The notes under the pieces: model-generated | The model's database searches: none | Told to the model about the DNA's origin: nothing | The model's input: the letters and a program-made list of their open reading frames with translations, nothing else | Assembly (NCBI GenBank): GCA_963810275.1 | Contig: CAWENF010000018.1 | Location: 1 to 64,000, forward strand | Reading direction: 5' to 3' | Length of the DNA stretch: 64,000 nt | From: an uncultured archaeon | GTDB taxonomy: Archaea; Thermoproteota; Bathyarchaeia; Bathyarchaeales; Bathycorpusculaceae | Program-made: the position numbers and the translations under genes | Shown: piece after piece, positions 32,452 to 42,326 of the stretch | Layout of the letters: every line of letters starts with the position of its first letter | How positions within the stretch are numbered: position 1 is the stretch's first letter

Positions 32452-33816
32452 TTAGACGCTACTTTTAACGGAAGAAGCTACCTTTTGCAAGTACCTCCTC
32501 ATTTCAAATTTCCTCTCTAACCCAGCAAAATTCATATAACGCACCGTACCAAACACCGCCCGCTCACCCCATGGGCGGTCATGTTTGCCAAAACACCACG
32601 CTACACCCGCATACCCATTTGGGTCCCGCCCATCAAGCTCATACCGATTGTTTAGGTAAAGCGCCACCTCAAAAGCCTCCTCAGGGGTTTTGGTCCACTC
32701 CAAGATTTTCTTGCCCCAATACATCCGCATATACCCATTCATTTTGCCTGTGTGCACCATTTCGTTTTGGGCAGCGTTCCAGTAAGGGTCATCTGTCTGG
32801 GCCTTCTCCAATTGTTCTCGAGTGTAAATGTAGGGCCTTGGATCAGCAACGTGAAATTCAAGGGTTTTTCGTGCCCAGTCCGGCAAGCAAGCAAAAGAAT
32901 CATAGTTTTTGTTATAGTAAACAAAGTTGATTGCAAGTTCTCTTCGCACTATCAACTCCTCCAAAAACCTGTGCTGAACAGCTACTTTAGCCGCTAAAAC
33001 TTGGGCAGCGATGTAGATGGGTGAGATTTGCCCAAAATGCAGATACGGGCTTAGTTGTGAGGCACAGTCGTTGTCGGGTGTAGGGCCGCCGCTGCCGCCG
33101 TAAACCCAAAGGTTATCCTTAAGGAATTCCTGCAGTAGGCGTTTGGCGTTCCTAGTTCCGCCATGAAACACGGGCGATTTGTCTACGGAGGGGCTGATTT
33201 TTAGCTGTGCAAGTGTTTTCTCGGGGGCATCCAAGAAAATGCTGTCCAATTTCAAGTACAGGGAAGGTTTATTGAGGGTTACTTGGGGTGGAAGCTCAAG
33301 GAAATCACAGATTTTTTTGTGCAGCTTGGGTCGCATTGTTGCGGCGGAAAATTCTTCTTTGTTTGAAGCTTCCTCAACTGGTACGACGACGTTGTCTTCA
33401 AGTTGAACCAGCTGCACTCTGAGGTGTTGGACGGCGTATTGGTACCATTCCCTGTTCACCAGCAGATAACCACGGTCAACTACGACACAAGCTGCATGTT
33501 CTGAAAGCGTCACTGCACCCTGTGCGGGATTGACTGCTCTAACCACGAATTTTACGCCCAACTTCGCCAATTCGTCAGAGACCTCGCGCAGTCCTTCGAG
33601 CATAAACCAGTAGTGCCGGTAATTCGCCTCCGGAAACTCTGGCGTCAACCCAAAGTAAACAACCAAAGGCAAATCAAGACTGTTAGCGATTTGCACTGCG
33701 TATGTTAATGCCCAGTTTTCTTGGGTACGCTGGGAGGATTGCATCCAGTAGAGCACAAACTCGCCATTCTGTGTTGGTTTTTCGTTGAGATTTTTCATTC
33801 TAGCTGGCGGTAGCAT
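32452..33816 (-). CDS. phrB: Class II CPD DNA photolyase
   Basis: VLYWMQSSQR..NWAL, SQLSPYLHFGQIS, FLEELIVRREL, WNAAQ, GYMRMYWGKKILEW, ELDGRDPNGY, HDRPW. Confidence 0.93.
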   Translation of the reverse strand: MLPPARMKNLNEKPTQNGEFVLYWMQSSQRTQENWALTYAVQIANSLDLPLVVYFGLTPEFPEANYRHYWFMLEGLREVSDELAKLGVKFVVRAVNPAQGAVTLSEHAACVVVDRGYLLVNREWYQYAVQHLRVQLVQLEDNVVVPVEEASNKEEFSAATMRPKLHKKICDFLELPPQVTLNKPSLYLKLDSIFLDAPEKTLAQLKISPSVDKSPVFHGGTRNAKRLLQEFLKDNLWVYGGSGGPTPDNDCASQLSPYLHFGQISPIYIAAQVLAAKVAVQHRFLEELIVRRELAINFVYYNKNYDSFACLPDWARKTLEFHVADPRPYIYTREQLEKAQTDDPYWNAAQNEMVHTGKMNGYMRMYWGKKILEWTKTPEEAFEVALYLNNRYELDGRDPNGYAGVAWCFGKHDRPWGERAVFGTVRYMNFAGLERKFEMRRYLQKVASSVKSSV

Positions 33817-33827
33817 CTTTATCGCTT

Positions 33828-34301
33828 TTATGGTGATTTCAGCCCTTTAGTTGAGGTGACTTTGCCGAGTTTTAAAATCAAAATAGGCTGGTTAGGGGTA
33901 AAAGCAGACCAATCAACAGATTTTTCGAAGCCATGAGCACACAAAAAGTTAGGTGACAACTTGGCTTGCCCAGTTTCCTCCATCTGCTGAATAGCTTGCT
34001 TGCGTTCATCTTCGTTTGTGACTGGCTCTAAGGTTCCAGTTAGCGTCACAAATGCATATTCGCTGAAGTTGGGGGTATACGCTTCTATTTCCACACAAAC
34101 AGGATTACCGCCTTCTAAGAAAGCCATTTTGTCGCCGTAATCAGTAAAGTGAAAATACAGTTGCCCACCAAAGTATGCGTACTGGAAGGGAGCGATATAG
34201 GGACTGTGTTTTCCTTGAAAGGCGATTCTGCATAGAAACTGGTTTTGGATGGTGTGTCCTATTTCTTGTTGACTCATTGAGGGCAACTTTAGTTTGTTCA
34301 A
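33828..34301 (-). CDS. Pyridoxamine 5'-phosphate oxidase-like (NimA-type) flavin-binding protein
   Basis: LCRIAF...PYIAP...LYFH...K...NPVCVEI; AGGTGA SD before TTG; 11 nt upstream of the photolyase. Confidence 0.8.
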   Translation of the reverse strand: MNKLKLPSMSQQEIGHTIQNQFLCRIAFQGKHSPYIAPFQYAYFGGQLYFHFTDYGDKMAFLEGGNPVCVEIEAYTPNFSEYAFVTLTGTLEPVTNEDERKQAIQQMEETGQAKLSPNFLCAHGFEKSVDWSAFTPNQPILILKLGKVTSTKGLKSP

Positions 34302-34370
34302 CTGACGTCACCTTAGAAGTCTAGGTAACGGATTTTAGCATTTAAAGCTTAAGAAACGGATATAAACCCG

Positions 34371-34532
34371 GTGCTAAAGGGTGTGTCAAACCAAGCCTGA
34401 CCTTCGCCGGATCAAAAGCAGATTTTTTCCGGTGGGATCGCTTCAGGGAGAGCGTGGTCGTTTACAGCCAACCAAGGCATTGGCTTGGCACACCAAACTC
34501 AGGGGACTGAACAGCACCCTTATTGGTAGCAC
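34371..34532 (+). ncRNA. Candidate structured non-coding RNA (~162 nt), family unknown
   Basis: Paired termini GTGCTA/TAGCAC, nested stems, GNRA-capped hairpin, G-U pairs favouring the + strand, upstream TTTAAA, downstream T-tract. Confidence 0.55.
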
Positions 34533-34602
34533 GTTTTCTTAAAAAAGTATTACTTAAATATAAGCGTTACTTCCACAGAATAAAGTAATACCATATTGGA
34601 AG

Positions 34603-34845
34603 ATGCCAACAATGCAAAACAACCCACCCATAACAATCAACCATAAACAAAGAAAACTACAAAGAATCTTCCAAGAAACCCAAGAAGAAATCCTCCTCCT
34701 AACAGCAACCGCAAAATTCAATCACACCACCTGCAAAACAGACGACACCCAACTCAAATTAACCCTCGCATACATAGACGACACAAAAAAACTCATCCAA
34801 GTCCTACAAAACCGCATAAACCTCATAATAGAAGCAGCAAGCTAA
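34603..34845 (+). CDS. Small hypothetical protein
   Basis: 80-aa ATG ORF with strongly A/C-rich, G-poor sequence; no recognisable motif. Confidence 0.4.
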   Translation: MPTMQNNPPITINHKQRKLQRIFQETQEEILLLTATAKFNHTTCKTDDTQLKLTLAYIDDTKKLIQVLQNRINLIIEAAS

Positions 34846-34910
34846 AACAAAAAAACACTATGGCTCCGCCCAAAAGGGCAGAACCCCAGTGGCAGGTGTT
34901 GTTGGCAGAG

Positions 34911-35207
34911 TTATTCTGGAGGCGACTTTTTAGCTTTTAGCTGCGCCCGTTTTCCGCGCTCATAGCCGACGAAGTAGCCGATTATGACTGCGCCGATGGC
35001 TGCTTGCACTGAGAACAGCAGACTTTCAATTTCACCACTTGGTGGCTCCCAGAAGGGGGTAATCCATGGTTCATAGCCTGAGGATTCGATTTCGTCTGCT
35101 GCGTTGCCGTCTGCGCCGCCAAATTCTGCGTGCGGCAAAATAATTAGCGGCAAAGCAAACAGAACCACCATTACAACTAGCAGGATGGCATAGTGTTTTG
35201 CATTCAT
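34911..35207 (-). CDS. cbiN: Cobalt ECF transporter component CbiN
   Basis: FGGADG..., YEPWITPFWEPPSGEIESLLFSVQAAIGA...GY. Confidence 0.92.
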   Translation of the reverse strand: MNAKHYAILLVVMVVLFALPLIILPHAEFGGADGNAADEIESSGYEPWITPFWEPPSGEIESLLFSVQAAIGAVIIGYFVGYERGKRAQLKAKKSPPE

Positions 35208-35899
35208 TGTTCAGATGTCTCCTCGGCGGGTTTGATGCCTGGGATTTTGATGACTTTCAGCTTTGCGAGCACTGGAGCTTTGTATTTTACGAGAAAGTCA
35301 AAGACGATCACTGCGAGTATGCCTTCGCCGATTGCAATTGGTATCTGTGTCACTGCGAATATGGTTGCGAAGTTTGTGAATGCACCCATTACGCCGTTGA
35401 CGTTGGGGAACACAAGTGCAAGCTGTAGTGATGTTACGACGTAGGTTGCGAGGTCTCCGAATACTGTGGCTAAGAAGATGCCTATGGGGTTTTTAAGTCC
35501 TAAGCCTCTGCAGGTCTTCCATATGGCGTATGCAACGATTGGACCGACTATGCCCATTGAGAAGACGTTTGCGCCAAGAGTAGTTATGCCTCCGTGTGCG
35601 AGTAGCATGGCTTGGAATACGAGGACGATTAAGGCAAGAACTGAAGCAACTGCTGGGCCTGCAACGACTGCGGCTAAGCCTGTTCCAGTGGGGTGAGAGG
35701 TGCTGCCTGTTACTGAGGGGAGCTTGAGTGAGGAGAGAACGAATATGAATGCGCCGAGGACTGCGAGGATTGGTATGGCTTCGCGGTTTGTTTTGGTTAT
35801 TTTTGTTAGTTTGTAGATGCCATATGCGATGAAGGGGATTGAGATTATGAACCATATTTCCCACCATGGGTGGGGTAGGAATCCTTCCATTATGTGCAT
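35204..35899 (-). CDS. cbiM: Cobalt ECF transporter S component CbiM
   Basis: N-terminal MHIMEGFLP, LSSLKLPSVTGSTSHPTG, LLAHGGITTLGAN, QIPIAIGEG. Confidence 0.94.
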   Translation of the reverse strand: MHIMEGFLPHPWWEIWFIISIPFIAYGIYKLTKITKTNREAIPILAVLGAFIFVLSSLKLPSVTGSTSHPTGTGLAAVVAGPAVASVLALIVLVFQAMLLAHGGITTLGANVFSMGIVGPIVAYAIWKTCRGLGLKNPIGIFLATVFGDLATYVVTSLQLALVFPNVNGVMGAFTNFATIFAVTQIPIAIGEGILAVIVFDFLVKYKAPVLAKLKVIKIPGIKPAEETSEQ

Positions 35900-35949
35900 G
35901 TTGTTTCTTCCTTTTGTTAGGGATTGGCAAAAGCAGCATATTAAACTTC

Positions 35950-35982
35950 AGTTAATCAAAGTTAACTTATGGTTGATTAACT
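35950..35982. promoter_or_regulatory. Perfect 10-bp inverted repeat upstream of cbiM (candidate operator)
   Basis: AGTTAATCAA-N13-TTGATTAACT, adjacent to a TATA-like element, ~50 nt upstream of the cbiM start. Confidence 0.5.
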
Positions 35983-36029
35983 TGGGTTGAGCGCAACCAC
36001 CACAAACAAAAAAGAACTAAAACGGCAGC

Positions 36030-37286
36030 TTAAACATCAAGGACTTCATCCATCACAGGAATACAAACATCAGTCAAGTTACCAATCCGCTCAGAAAGCA
36101 ACTCTGCCTGCTCCAAATCCCCGTGAACCAAAACAGTCCGCTTAGGCTTAAGCTTAGTAATAGTCTTAACAAGCTCATTTTGGTCAGCATGCCCTGAAAG
36201 TTCGATTTGCCGAACTTCAGCGTGTACCTGCACAACTTCGTCCTCGGTCTTATAGAACCCCTCCTCTTTAGCTTGCTTAAGTGGACTATTTGGAGGCAAA
36301 TACCCCGAAGTCAAAATAACACAGTTTCGTTTATCCTCTGCCCATTCGCCCAGCAATCTTAAGCTGGCTCCTGCGTGTCCAAACCCAGAAGTACAGATAA
36401 CAACTGCAGGGTCTTGAATTTGCATGGTCCTGTAGATGTGCTTCACATGGCGATAGCGGAAGGGGTGCTTCTGGCTTTTGATGTCTTTTGAGAAAATTTG
36501 CTTGCTTTTGTCAAAGTAGCCGTTAATTCGGTGTGCCAAATTCGAGATGGTATACACGTTGTATCGGGGTAGAATGCCCAATTCGATGGCCGTGTCGATA
36601 CGTTTAGCCATCTCCTGACTACGGTGAAAAGCAAACGTTGGAATCAACACGTTACCTTTGCGGTCCATAACTGTCTGCATTTGTTCCATAAACTCGTCCA
36701 CCAACTGCCTGCGGGGCGGACGAACTTTTCCACCGTAAGTTGACTCCGTGATTAGTAAGTCGGGTTTTTTGGGGAGAGCTTCAAGGCGGCACCCACTTAG
36801 GATTTCGGTGTCGTGAAGACAGTAGTCACCTGTGTAGACGATGCGTTTGCCTTCGGCTTCGAGGCTGGTTATGCGTGCACCTGCAACGTGTCCAGCGGGT
36901 TGCAGGTTAATCTTTACGCCAGGCATTGCAATGGAATCGCGGTTCCACCAGCAATCACCTACGTTTTCTGCGTGGCTGTCATTGAATTCGGTGTTCCCTT
37001 TCTCGGTTTGGATTTTAACCATATCATGGAGCAAATCCACGGTTACTTCTCGGGTAATGTCTGAACCCACAATAGTGGGGTTATTATTTTTGCATAAACT
37101 CAGCAAGCTTCCAGTGTGATCTAAGTGAGCGTGGCTAATTACGACGGCGTCGAAATCTTTGGGGAGCTTTTTTGGTTGCTCATCGATTTTGGTGCCGTAG
37201 TCTAGCGCCACTTTGGCTGAGTCGGTTTCGACTGAAATACAAGAGCCGCCTACTTCTCTGGCTGCTCCTAGAACTTGAATTTTCAA
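36030..37286 (-). CDS. Metallo-beta-lactamase/beta-CASP ribonuclease (archaeal CPSF-like, no KH domains)
   Basis: LGAAREVGGSC, SHAHLDHTG, AGHVAGA, YTGD, ESTYGG, LSGHAD, LVHGD. Confidence 0.9.
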   Translation of the reverse strand: MKIQVLGAAREVGGSCISVETDSAKVALDYGTKIDEQPKKLPKDFDAVVISHAHLDHTGSLLSLCKNNNPTIVGSDITREVTVDLLHDMVKIQTEKGNTEFNDSHAENVGDCWWNRDSIAMPGVKINLQPAGHVAGARITSLEAEGKRIVYTGDYCLHDTEILSGCRLEALPKKPDLLITESTYGGKVRPPRRQLVDEFMEQMQTVMDRKGNVLIPTFAFHRSQEMAKRIDTAIELGILPRYNVYTISNLAHRINGYFDKSKQIFSKDIKSQKHPFRYRHVKHIYRTMQIQDPAVVICTSGFGHAGASLRLLGEWAEDKRNCVILTSGYLPPNSPLKQAKEEGFYKTEDEVVQVHAEVRQIELSGHADQNELVKTITKLKPKRTVLVHGDLEQAELLSERIGNLTDVCIPVMDEVLDV

Positions 37287-37805
37287 ATTTTATGTGCCTC
37301 AATTGTTTGTTGCCATCCAAAAATTGGTTTAGCCAACTTGCAGATGGCAATCTGTATGTTAGTATGTTTTTACCGCAAAACACCCATATGGGACAATATT
37401 AACGTATTGATTGATTAATGTAAATAGAATCATATAACGCCTTAAATCAAGTTTACAGCGTTTAAATGTAACCCACGTTTTCCATTAAGCAAGTTAGTCA
37501 AGAAGCTTCAAATTTAAGTTTGGCGCCCATCCTCAAAAAAGTGTATCAATAAAACTCGAATTATATTACTTTTGCATCTAACCTTTTGCTCTGAAAATAT
37601 ACTTTTTATCAGTACGGCAGGGATATCCAATAATTTTCTATCACATGCATTATTCCAATACCAAATTTACCCACATTAACAGGCTAGCTTTTGCAGCTAC
37701 GAAGCACAGTAAATATGCTCTAACGACTACCAACACACGTTTGCAAACCTTTTCCGCCTTTTTTTATTTAAGCTTTAAAAGCTTACACCGCACACAGTCT
37801 CAAGC

Positions 37806-38471
37806 ATGAACCGCACGACCAAAGTGTTAACGGCAGCAATTATCGCGTTAATTCTTGTTGCAAGCACCGAGGGAGCCCTACTCGCATCCACCAACATCAA
37901 TCAAAATCAAACTCTACCAGTACGAGTAGCCTGCATAGGCGACAGCATCACTCGAGGCACCGAATACACGTTGGACTTGTGGGCTTTGATTGGAGCTGAC
38001 TACGTAATTGGCGACTTTGGAGTCAGCGGAGCCACTGTATCGCTACATTCCGAAGCAGCGTACATGAACAAAACCGCCTTTACCACAGCCAAAGAATTCG
38101 AGCCCGACATTGTACTTGTGATGCTTGGCACTAACGACGCCGACTCCACCCTAAACGAAACAACCCAGGAGTTCGTTTCCGACTACATCTCCTTACTGGA
38201 CGCGTTTAAGGCATCACAAAAGGAGCCGCTAATCTACATTATACAGCCGCCACCCATATTCCCTAATAACTGCACACTAAGCCAAGCTCTGCTGATCGAA
38301 CGAGTTACGCCGGGTATCATGAAAGTCTCGGCTCAAACAGGCATACAAGTAATCGACGCTCTTTCGCCGCTAGAAGGCAAACCTGAACTCTTTGTTGACG
38401 GTGTGCATCCGACGGCTGAGGGAGCAAAGAAAATCGCTGAAGCCGTTTACGCTGCCGTTAGTTGGCAATAA
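37806..38471 (+). CDS. Secreted SGNH/GDSL hydrolase (esterase)
   Basis: Signal peptide, CIGDSIT, FGVSG, LGTND, DGVHP. Confidence 0.9.
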   Translation: MNRTTKVLTAAIIALILVASTEGALLASTNINQNQTLPVRVACIGDSITRGTEYTLDLWALIGADYVIGDFGVSGATVSLHSEAAYMNKTAFTTAKEFEPDIVLVMLGTNDADSTLNETTQEFVSDYISLLDAFKASQKEPLIYIIQPPPIFPNNCTLSQALLIERVTPGIMKVSAQTGIQVIDALSPLEGKPELFVDGVHPTAEGAKKIAEAVYAAVSWQ

Positions 38472-38551
38472 CTGCCAGAATTAACCGAGCCAGCATCTGT
38501 GGGGAGAAGTTTTATTTCACCCTCAGCACAATAAAGCAGTGAGGGTTAACT

Positions 38552-39007
38552 ATGAAGTTAAACAAAAAATTAGCCTGCATCTGCGTAATCAGCATATTTT
38601 TAGCCTCATCCACAAGCATTGCACTAGCCGCTCCATCGATTAGTTTAAGCTGGTACAAAAACAACGGCTATGACGACTTTGGCAACAGCATAGGCGGAGA
38701 ATGGACAATAACCGCAAAGGTCTCCTCCGATGTAACCCGCGTCGAATTCTACGTTGACGACGCGCTGCAGCAAAACGTAACATCGGCGCCGTTTAAGTGG
38801 ACGTTTAACACCGCCAACTTCAGCTTAGGCGATCACAATATAAAAGTCATAGCCTATGACGCTGCGGGAGAAACAGCAACTGCGCAGGCTAACCGCAACT
38901 TTGTCGAATATTCAGCATCAGACACTTTATGGATGACCATTGGCATAGTTGTGATTGTGATGGTGATTATTCTTGTTGCTGCACTCTATCGTGTAAGGAA
39001 GAAATGA
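38552..39007 (+). CDS. Small surface protein with one bacterial Ig-like domain and a C-terminal TM
   Basis: Signal peptide, VTRVEFYVD...APFKWTFNT...GDHNIKVIAYDAAG, hydrophobic tail followed by RKK. Confidence 0.8.
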   Translation: MKLNKKLACICVISIFLASSTSIALAAPSISLSWYKNNGYDDFGNSIGGEWTITAKVSSDVTRVEFYVDDALQQNVTSAPFKWTFNTANFSLGDHNIKVIAYDAAGETATAQANRNFVEYSASDTLWMTIGIVVIVMVIILVAALYRVRKK

Positions 39008-39208
39008 GCTAAAACAGAAATAAGGCTTCTAAAAAAGCCTTCCAGTCGGCTTAGATCGTTGCCACCGTTTACTCTTAAACCATCAACGTCATATAAATGC
39101 AATAAACAGAGCTACACCTAAAATTTATCGAACAATCAATCTTAACCAGTCGTCAATCAACATTTTTAAGCAATACCACTCAATCATTACCCACCCAAGG
39201 GCACGGAA

Positions 39209-40423
39209 ATGCAGAAAAACACCAACTACACTCCAAATTTCCCAAGCCACATAATACAGGAAGGCAAAGTCCAAGTACTAGTGCCTGACCTTGACGCCTA
39301 TGGTGTAACACCAAGTGACTATGCACCCAGCAAGGCACCTGTGTTCTACAACCCCGTAATGGAGTTCAACCGTGACCTCTCTGTCCTTGCAGTCACAGCG
39401 TTTCAGCGTATGGTTAACCATCCCGTCAGTATATGTGAGCCCTTAACAAGCCAAGGCATAAGGGGCATACGCTACGCCGCCGAAACCCCCCAGGTTGAGC
39501 GGGTGCTGATTAGCGATATAAGTAGCGTAGCATGTCAAGTGGCAGAACACAACATCCAACTAAACAACCTCCAAGACAAAATCACCTTAAAACACAGCGA
39601 CGCCAACCGCACCTTAAGTAACAATGCGTCCCCCAAAAAACGCTTTGACATAGTGGACATAGACCCTTTTGGCACTCCAGCTCCCTACTTGGACGCTACA
39701 GTTAGGGCAGTAAAAAATCATGGGCTCGTAGCTGTAACAGCTACTGATTTGGCGCCCCTCTGCGGGGTTCATGCAAAAGCCTGTATCAGAAAATACGGCG
39801 GAAAACCGCTACGCTCTGAGTACTGCCACGAGTTGGCGGTTCGATTGCTCTGTGGAGCCGTGGCAGCGACTGCTGCAAAACATGACATTGGTGTGCGGGT
39901 GCTGCTTAGCCATAGCAGCGACCACTACATCCGCGCTTATTTGCAAATCGCGTACGGCGCCAAAAAAGCCGATGCAGCGATCAAAAATGTCGGGTATATC
40001 CTACACTGCTTTAGCTGCATGCACCGAGAAGTCATCCACCAACCGTTTAGCTGCCTAACATGCCCGGAATGCGATGCACACATGGACTGGGCTGGACCAC
40101 TCTGGACAGGCAGCATACAAGAAGCAGCATTCGTTGAGTCGGTGTTAACCGAAAACCTAACCGCAAACTTAAAGCTCAACACAAAAATAAACAAGTTCCT
40201 TACGCAAATCCGAGCCGAAGCAAACTCGCCCATCACCTACTACGTTATAGACAAACTCAGCGGAAAACTCGACCTGCCAGCACCCTCCAACCACGCTTTC
40301 CTGGCCGAACTTCAAAAAGCAGGCTTCCAAGCAGTTCCTACACACTTCAACCCAAGAGGCATTAAAACGGATGCTTCGGCAAAAGCTATGGAAAAAACAC
40401 TCAACCAACTCGTACACAAGTAG
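39209..40423 (+). CDS. trm1: tRNA (guanine26-N2)-dimethyltransferase
   Basis: VFYNPVMEFNRDLS, GIRGIRY, DIDPFGTP, VTATD, CxxC/CxxC, GPLWTG, THFNPRGIKTDA. Confidence 0.93.
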   Translation: MQKNTNYTPNFPSHIIQEGKVQVLVPDLDAYGVTPSDYAPSKAPVFYNPVMEFNRDLSVLAVTAFQRMVNHPVSICEPLTSQGIRGIRYAAETPQVERVLISDISSVACQVAEHNIQLNNLQDKITLKHSDANRTLSNNASPKKRFDIVDIDPFGTPAPYLDATVRAVKNHGLVAVTATDLAPLCGVHAKACIRKYGGKPLRSEYCHELAVRLLCGAVAATAAKHDIGVRVLLSHSSDHYIRAYLQIAYGAKKADAAIKNVGYILHCFSCMHREVIHQPFSCLTCPECDAHMDWAGPLWTGSIQEAAFVESVLTENLTANLKLNTKINKFLTQIRAEANSPITYYVIDKLSGKLDLPAPSNHAFLAELQKAGFQAVPTHFNPRGIKTDASAKAMEKTLNQLVHK

Positions 40424-40494
40424 CAATGCCAGATTCTGCAGCAACAAAGTTTAAAAAACAAAATCAATCATCTCTAAACAAGCAGTGAACTATT

Positions 40495-41304
40495 ATGACT
40501 CAGAAAATCACAGTAATCGGCACAGGAATGATGGGCAGTGCCATCATCAAAAGCCTTCTAAAAGGCAACGTAGAACCCGCATCAATCACGGCGGTGGACA
40601 TTTTTGAGGAGAAACTCAAAGAGTTCGAAGCGCTTGGAGTTAAAACCTGCCAAGACAACGTCAAATCTGCCGCCTCTGCAGATGTAGTCTTCGTCATAGT
40701 GAAGCCCTTCGATGTAGTCAAAGCCCTAAAAGAAATCAGCAAAGAAATCAAGAACAAAATCGTCATATCAGTCGCCGCAACTGTGCCACTTAGCTTCCTA
40801 AAAAAAAATGCGCCTGACAGCAAAGTTGTGCGCATAATGCCCAACCTCTGCGCCATGGTGCAAGCCAGCTACACCGCGTATTGCTGCACCGAAAACGTCA
40901 CCCTCCAAGACAAAGAAATCATCAAAACCTTACTTAATATGATGGGCACATGCGACGAAGTGGACGAGAAATACATGGACGCCCTCACAGCGATGAGCGG
41001 CAGTGGACCAGGCTATATGAGCATAATTATCGAAGCCTTAACCTACGCTGGGTTGAAAGTGGGTTTGCCGCGATACATCGCACTAAAATGTGCAGCCCAA
41101 ACTACACTGGGTACAGCTAAACTTGTCACCGACATGCAAGAGGACCCTGCCAAAATCCGTGACATGACCACAACCCCTGGCGGAACAACCATCGAAGCCA
41201 TATACCAAATTGAACAAAGCCAAATTCGACCCGCCATGATGCGCGCGATCGAGGAAGCTACCAAAAAAGGTCAAGCCATCCGAGAAAAACTTAACCTTGA
41301 ATAG
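40495..41304 (+). CDS. proC: Pyrroline-5-carboxylate reductase
   Basis: IGTGMMGSA, VKP, RIMPN, SGSGPGY, TTPGGTT. Confidence 0.94.
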   Translation: MTQKITVIGTGMMGSAIIKSLLKGNVEPASITAVDIFEEKLKEFEALGVKTCQDNVKSAASADVVFVIVKPFDVVKALKEISKEIKNKIVISVAATVPLSFLKKNAPDSKVVRIMPNLCAMVQASYTAYCCTENVTLQDKEIIKTLLNMMGTCDEVDEKYMDALTAMSGSGPGYMSIIIEALTYAGLKVGLPRYIALKCAAQTTLGTAKLVTDMQEDPAKIRDMTTTPGGTTIEAIYQIEQSQIRPAMMRAIEEATKKGQAIREKLNLE

Positions 41305-41313
41305 CGAACCAGA

Positions 41314-41973
41314 ATGCTACAAGCCGCGATTTTCGACTGGGACGGCACACTTGCCGACACCCGTCGAGCCATTGTTTTATCTTTTCAGCAGGTTTTATCA
41401 GAAATCAACCTCGAAGTCCCTGTTGTAAGCATTGAGCGAAGAATCGGTATAGGCGCAGCGGATACTTTCCGTGAAATACTCAAAGCCGCTAAAAGGCCTG
41501 TTGATGAGCAAGTTGTGAAGCAGCTCGTTGAGCGCAAAAGTCAATTGCAATGTCAACGTGCCAAGGAAGTAGCGCTTTTTGAGGGTTCAAAAGAGCTTTT
41601 GGAGTCGTTGCATTGCAAGGTGAAGGTGGGTTTGGCATCTATGAACAGCCGCCAAGTTGTTATGCACCTGCTTACGCTCAACAAGTTAGTGGACTGCTTT
41701 GATGTTGTTTTAACAGTTGAGACGGTTTCTCATTCTAAACCTGACCCAGAGATTTTCTTGAAAACCGCAAAGCGGCTTGACGTTAAAGTTGAGGCTTGCG
41801 TGGTGTTTGAAGACTCCATCTTCGGCGTTAAAGCCGCTAAAGCTGCGGGCATGCGCTGTATCGCTGTAACAACAGGTGCGTACAAAGCTAATGAGCTTCA
41901 GGCGGAAAGCCCTGATTTAGTAATTAAAAACTTATCTGAACCTACAATACTCCCATTCATATTTGACTCGTAG
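41314..41973 (+). CDS. HAD-superfamily phosphatase (beta-PGM/CbbY-like)
   Basis: FDWDGTLADT, KPDPEIF, FEDSIFGVKAAKAAGM. Confidence 0.9.
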   Translation: MLQAAIFDWDGTLADTRRAIVLSFQQVLSEINLEVPVVSIERRIGIGAADTFREILKAAKRPVDEQVVKQLVERKSQLQCQRAKEVALFEGSKELLESLHCKVKVGLASMNSRQVVMHLLTLNKLVDCFDVVLTVETVSHSKPDPEIFLKTAKRLDVKVEACVVFEDSIFGVKAAKAAGMRCIAVTTGAYKANELQAESPDLVIKNLSEPTILPFIFDS

Positions 41974-42062
41974 TTGCGTGTTGTAACTTACACGCAGTCA
42001 CATAGCTTTAAACACATTTCGCATAAACAATAGATTAGTTAAAAGAGAAAGGAAGAAAGCTT

Positions 42063-42326
42063 TTGAATCAGTTATTTGAGAAAAAGAGTAAACCCTCAAC
42101 GTATCAAGTTTTACTGCTCGAAAATGGCAAAAGAAACAATGTCAAAGTGCAGGAAGCAGAGCAAGTTGATTTCGGTGCAGTCAAAGAGCACCTCAGAAAC
42201 GGCGGCTCCGTCTTCATAACCAGCCGTTCAGAACAAAAAATACTGCCCCCAAAAAGACACCTGCAACACAGCTATATTCAGGCACGGCGCAACATGGGTT
42301 TCCTTTTTCGTCAGCAACTAAGATAA
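42063..42326 (+). CDS. Small hypothetical protein
   Basis: 87-aa TTG ORF with its own TATA (TTTAAA) upstream; HLRNGGSVFITS. Confidence 0.55.
   Translation: MNQLFEKKSKPSTYQVLLLENGKRNNVKVQEAEQVDFGAVKEHLRNGGSVFITSRSEQKILPPKRHLQHSYIQARRNMGFLFRQQLR

Noticed and set aside
34371-34532. TPP riboswitch on the minus strand (GGGUGC...CUGAG...GGCGAAGG)
   Set aside because: It lacks the AUACCC/ACCUGAU core, G-U pairs and the GNRA loop favour the + strand, and no thiamine gene is adjacent.
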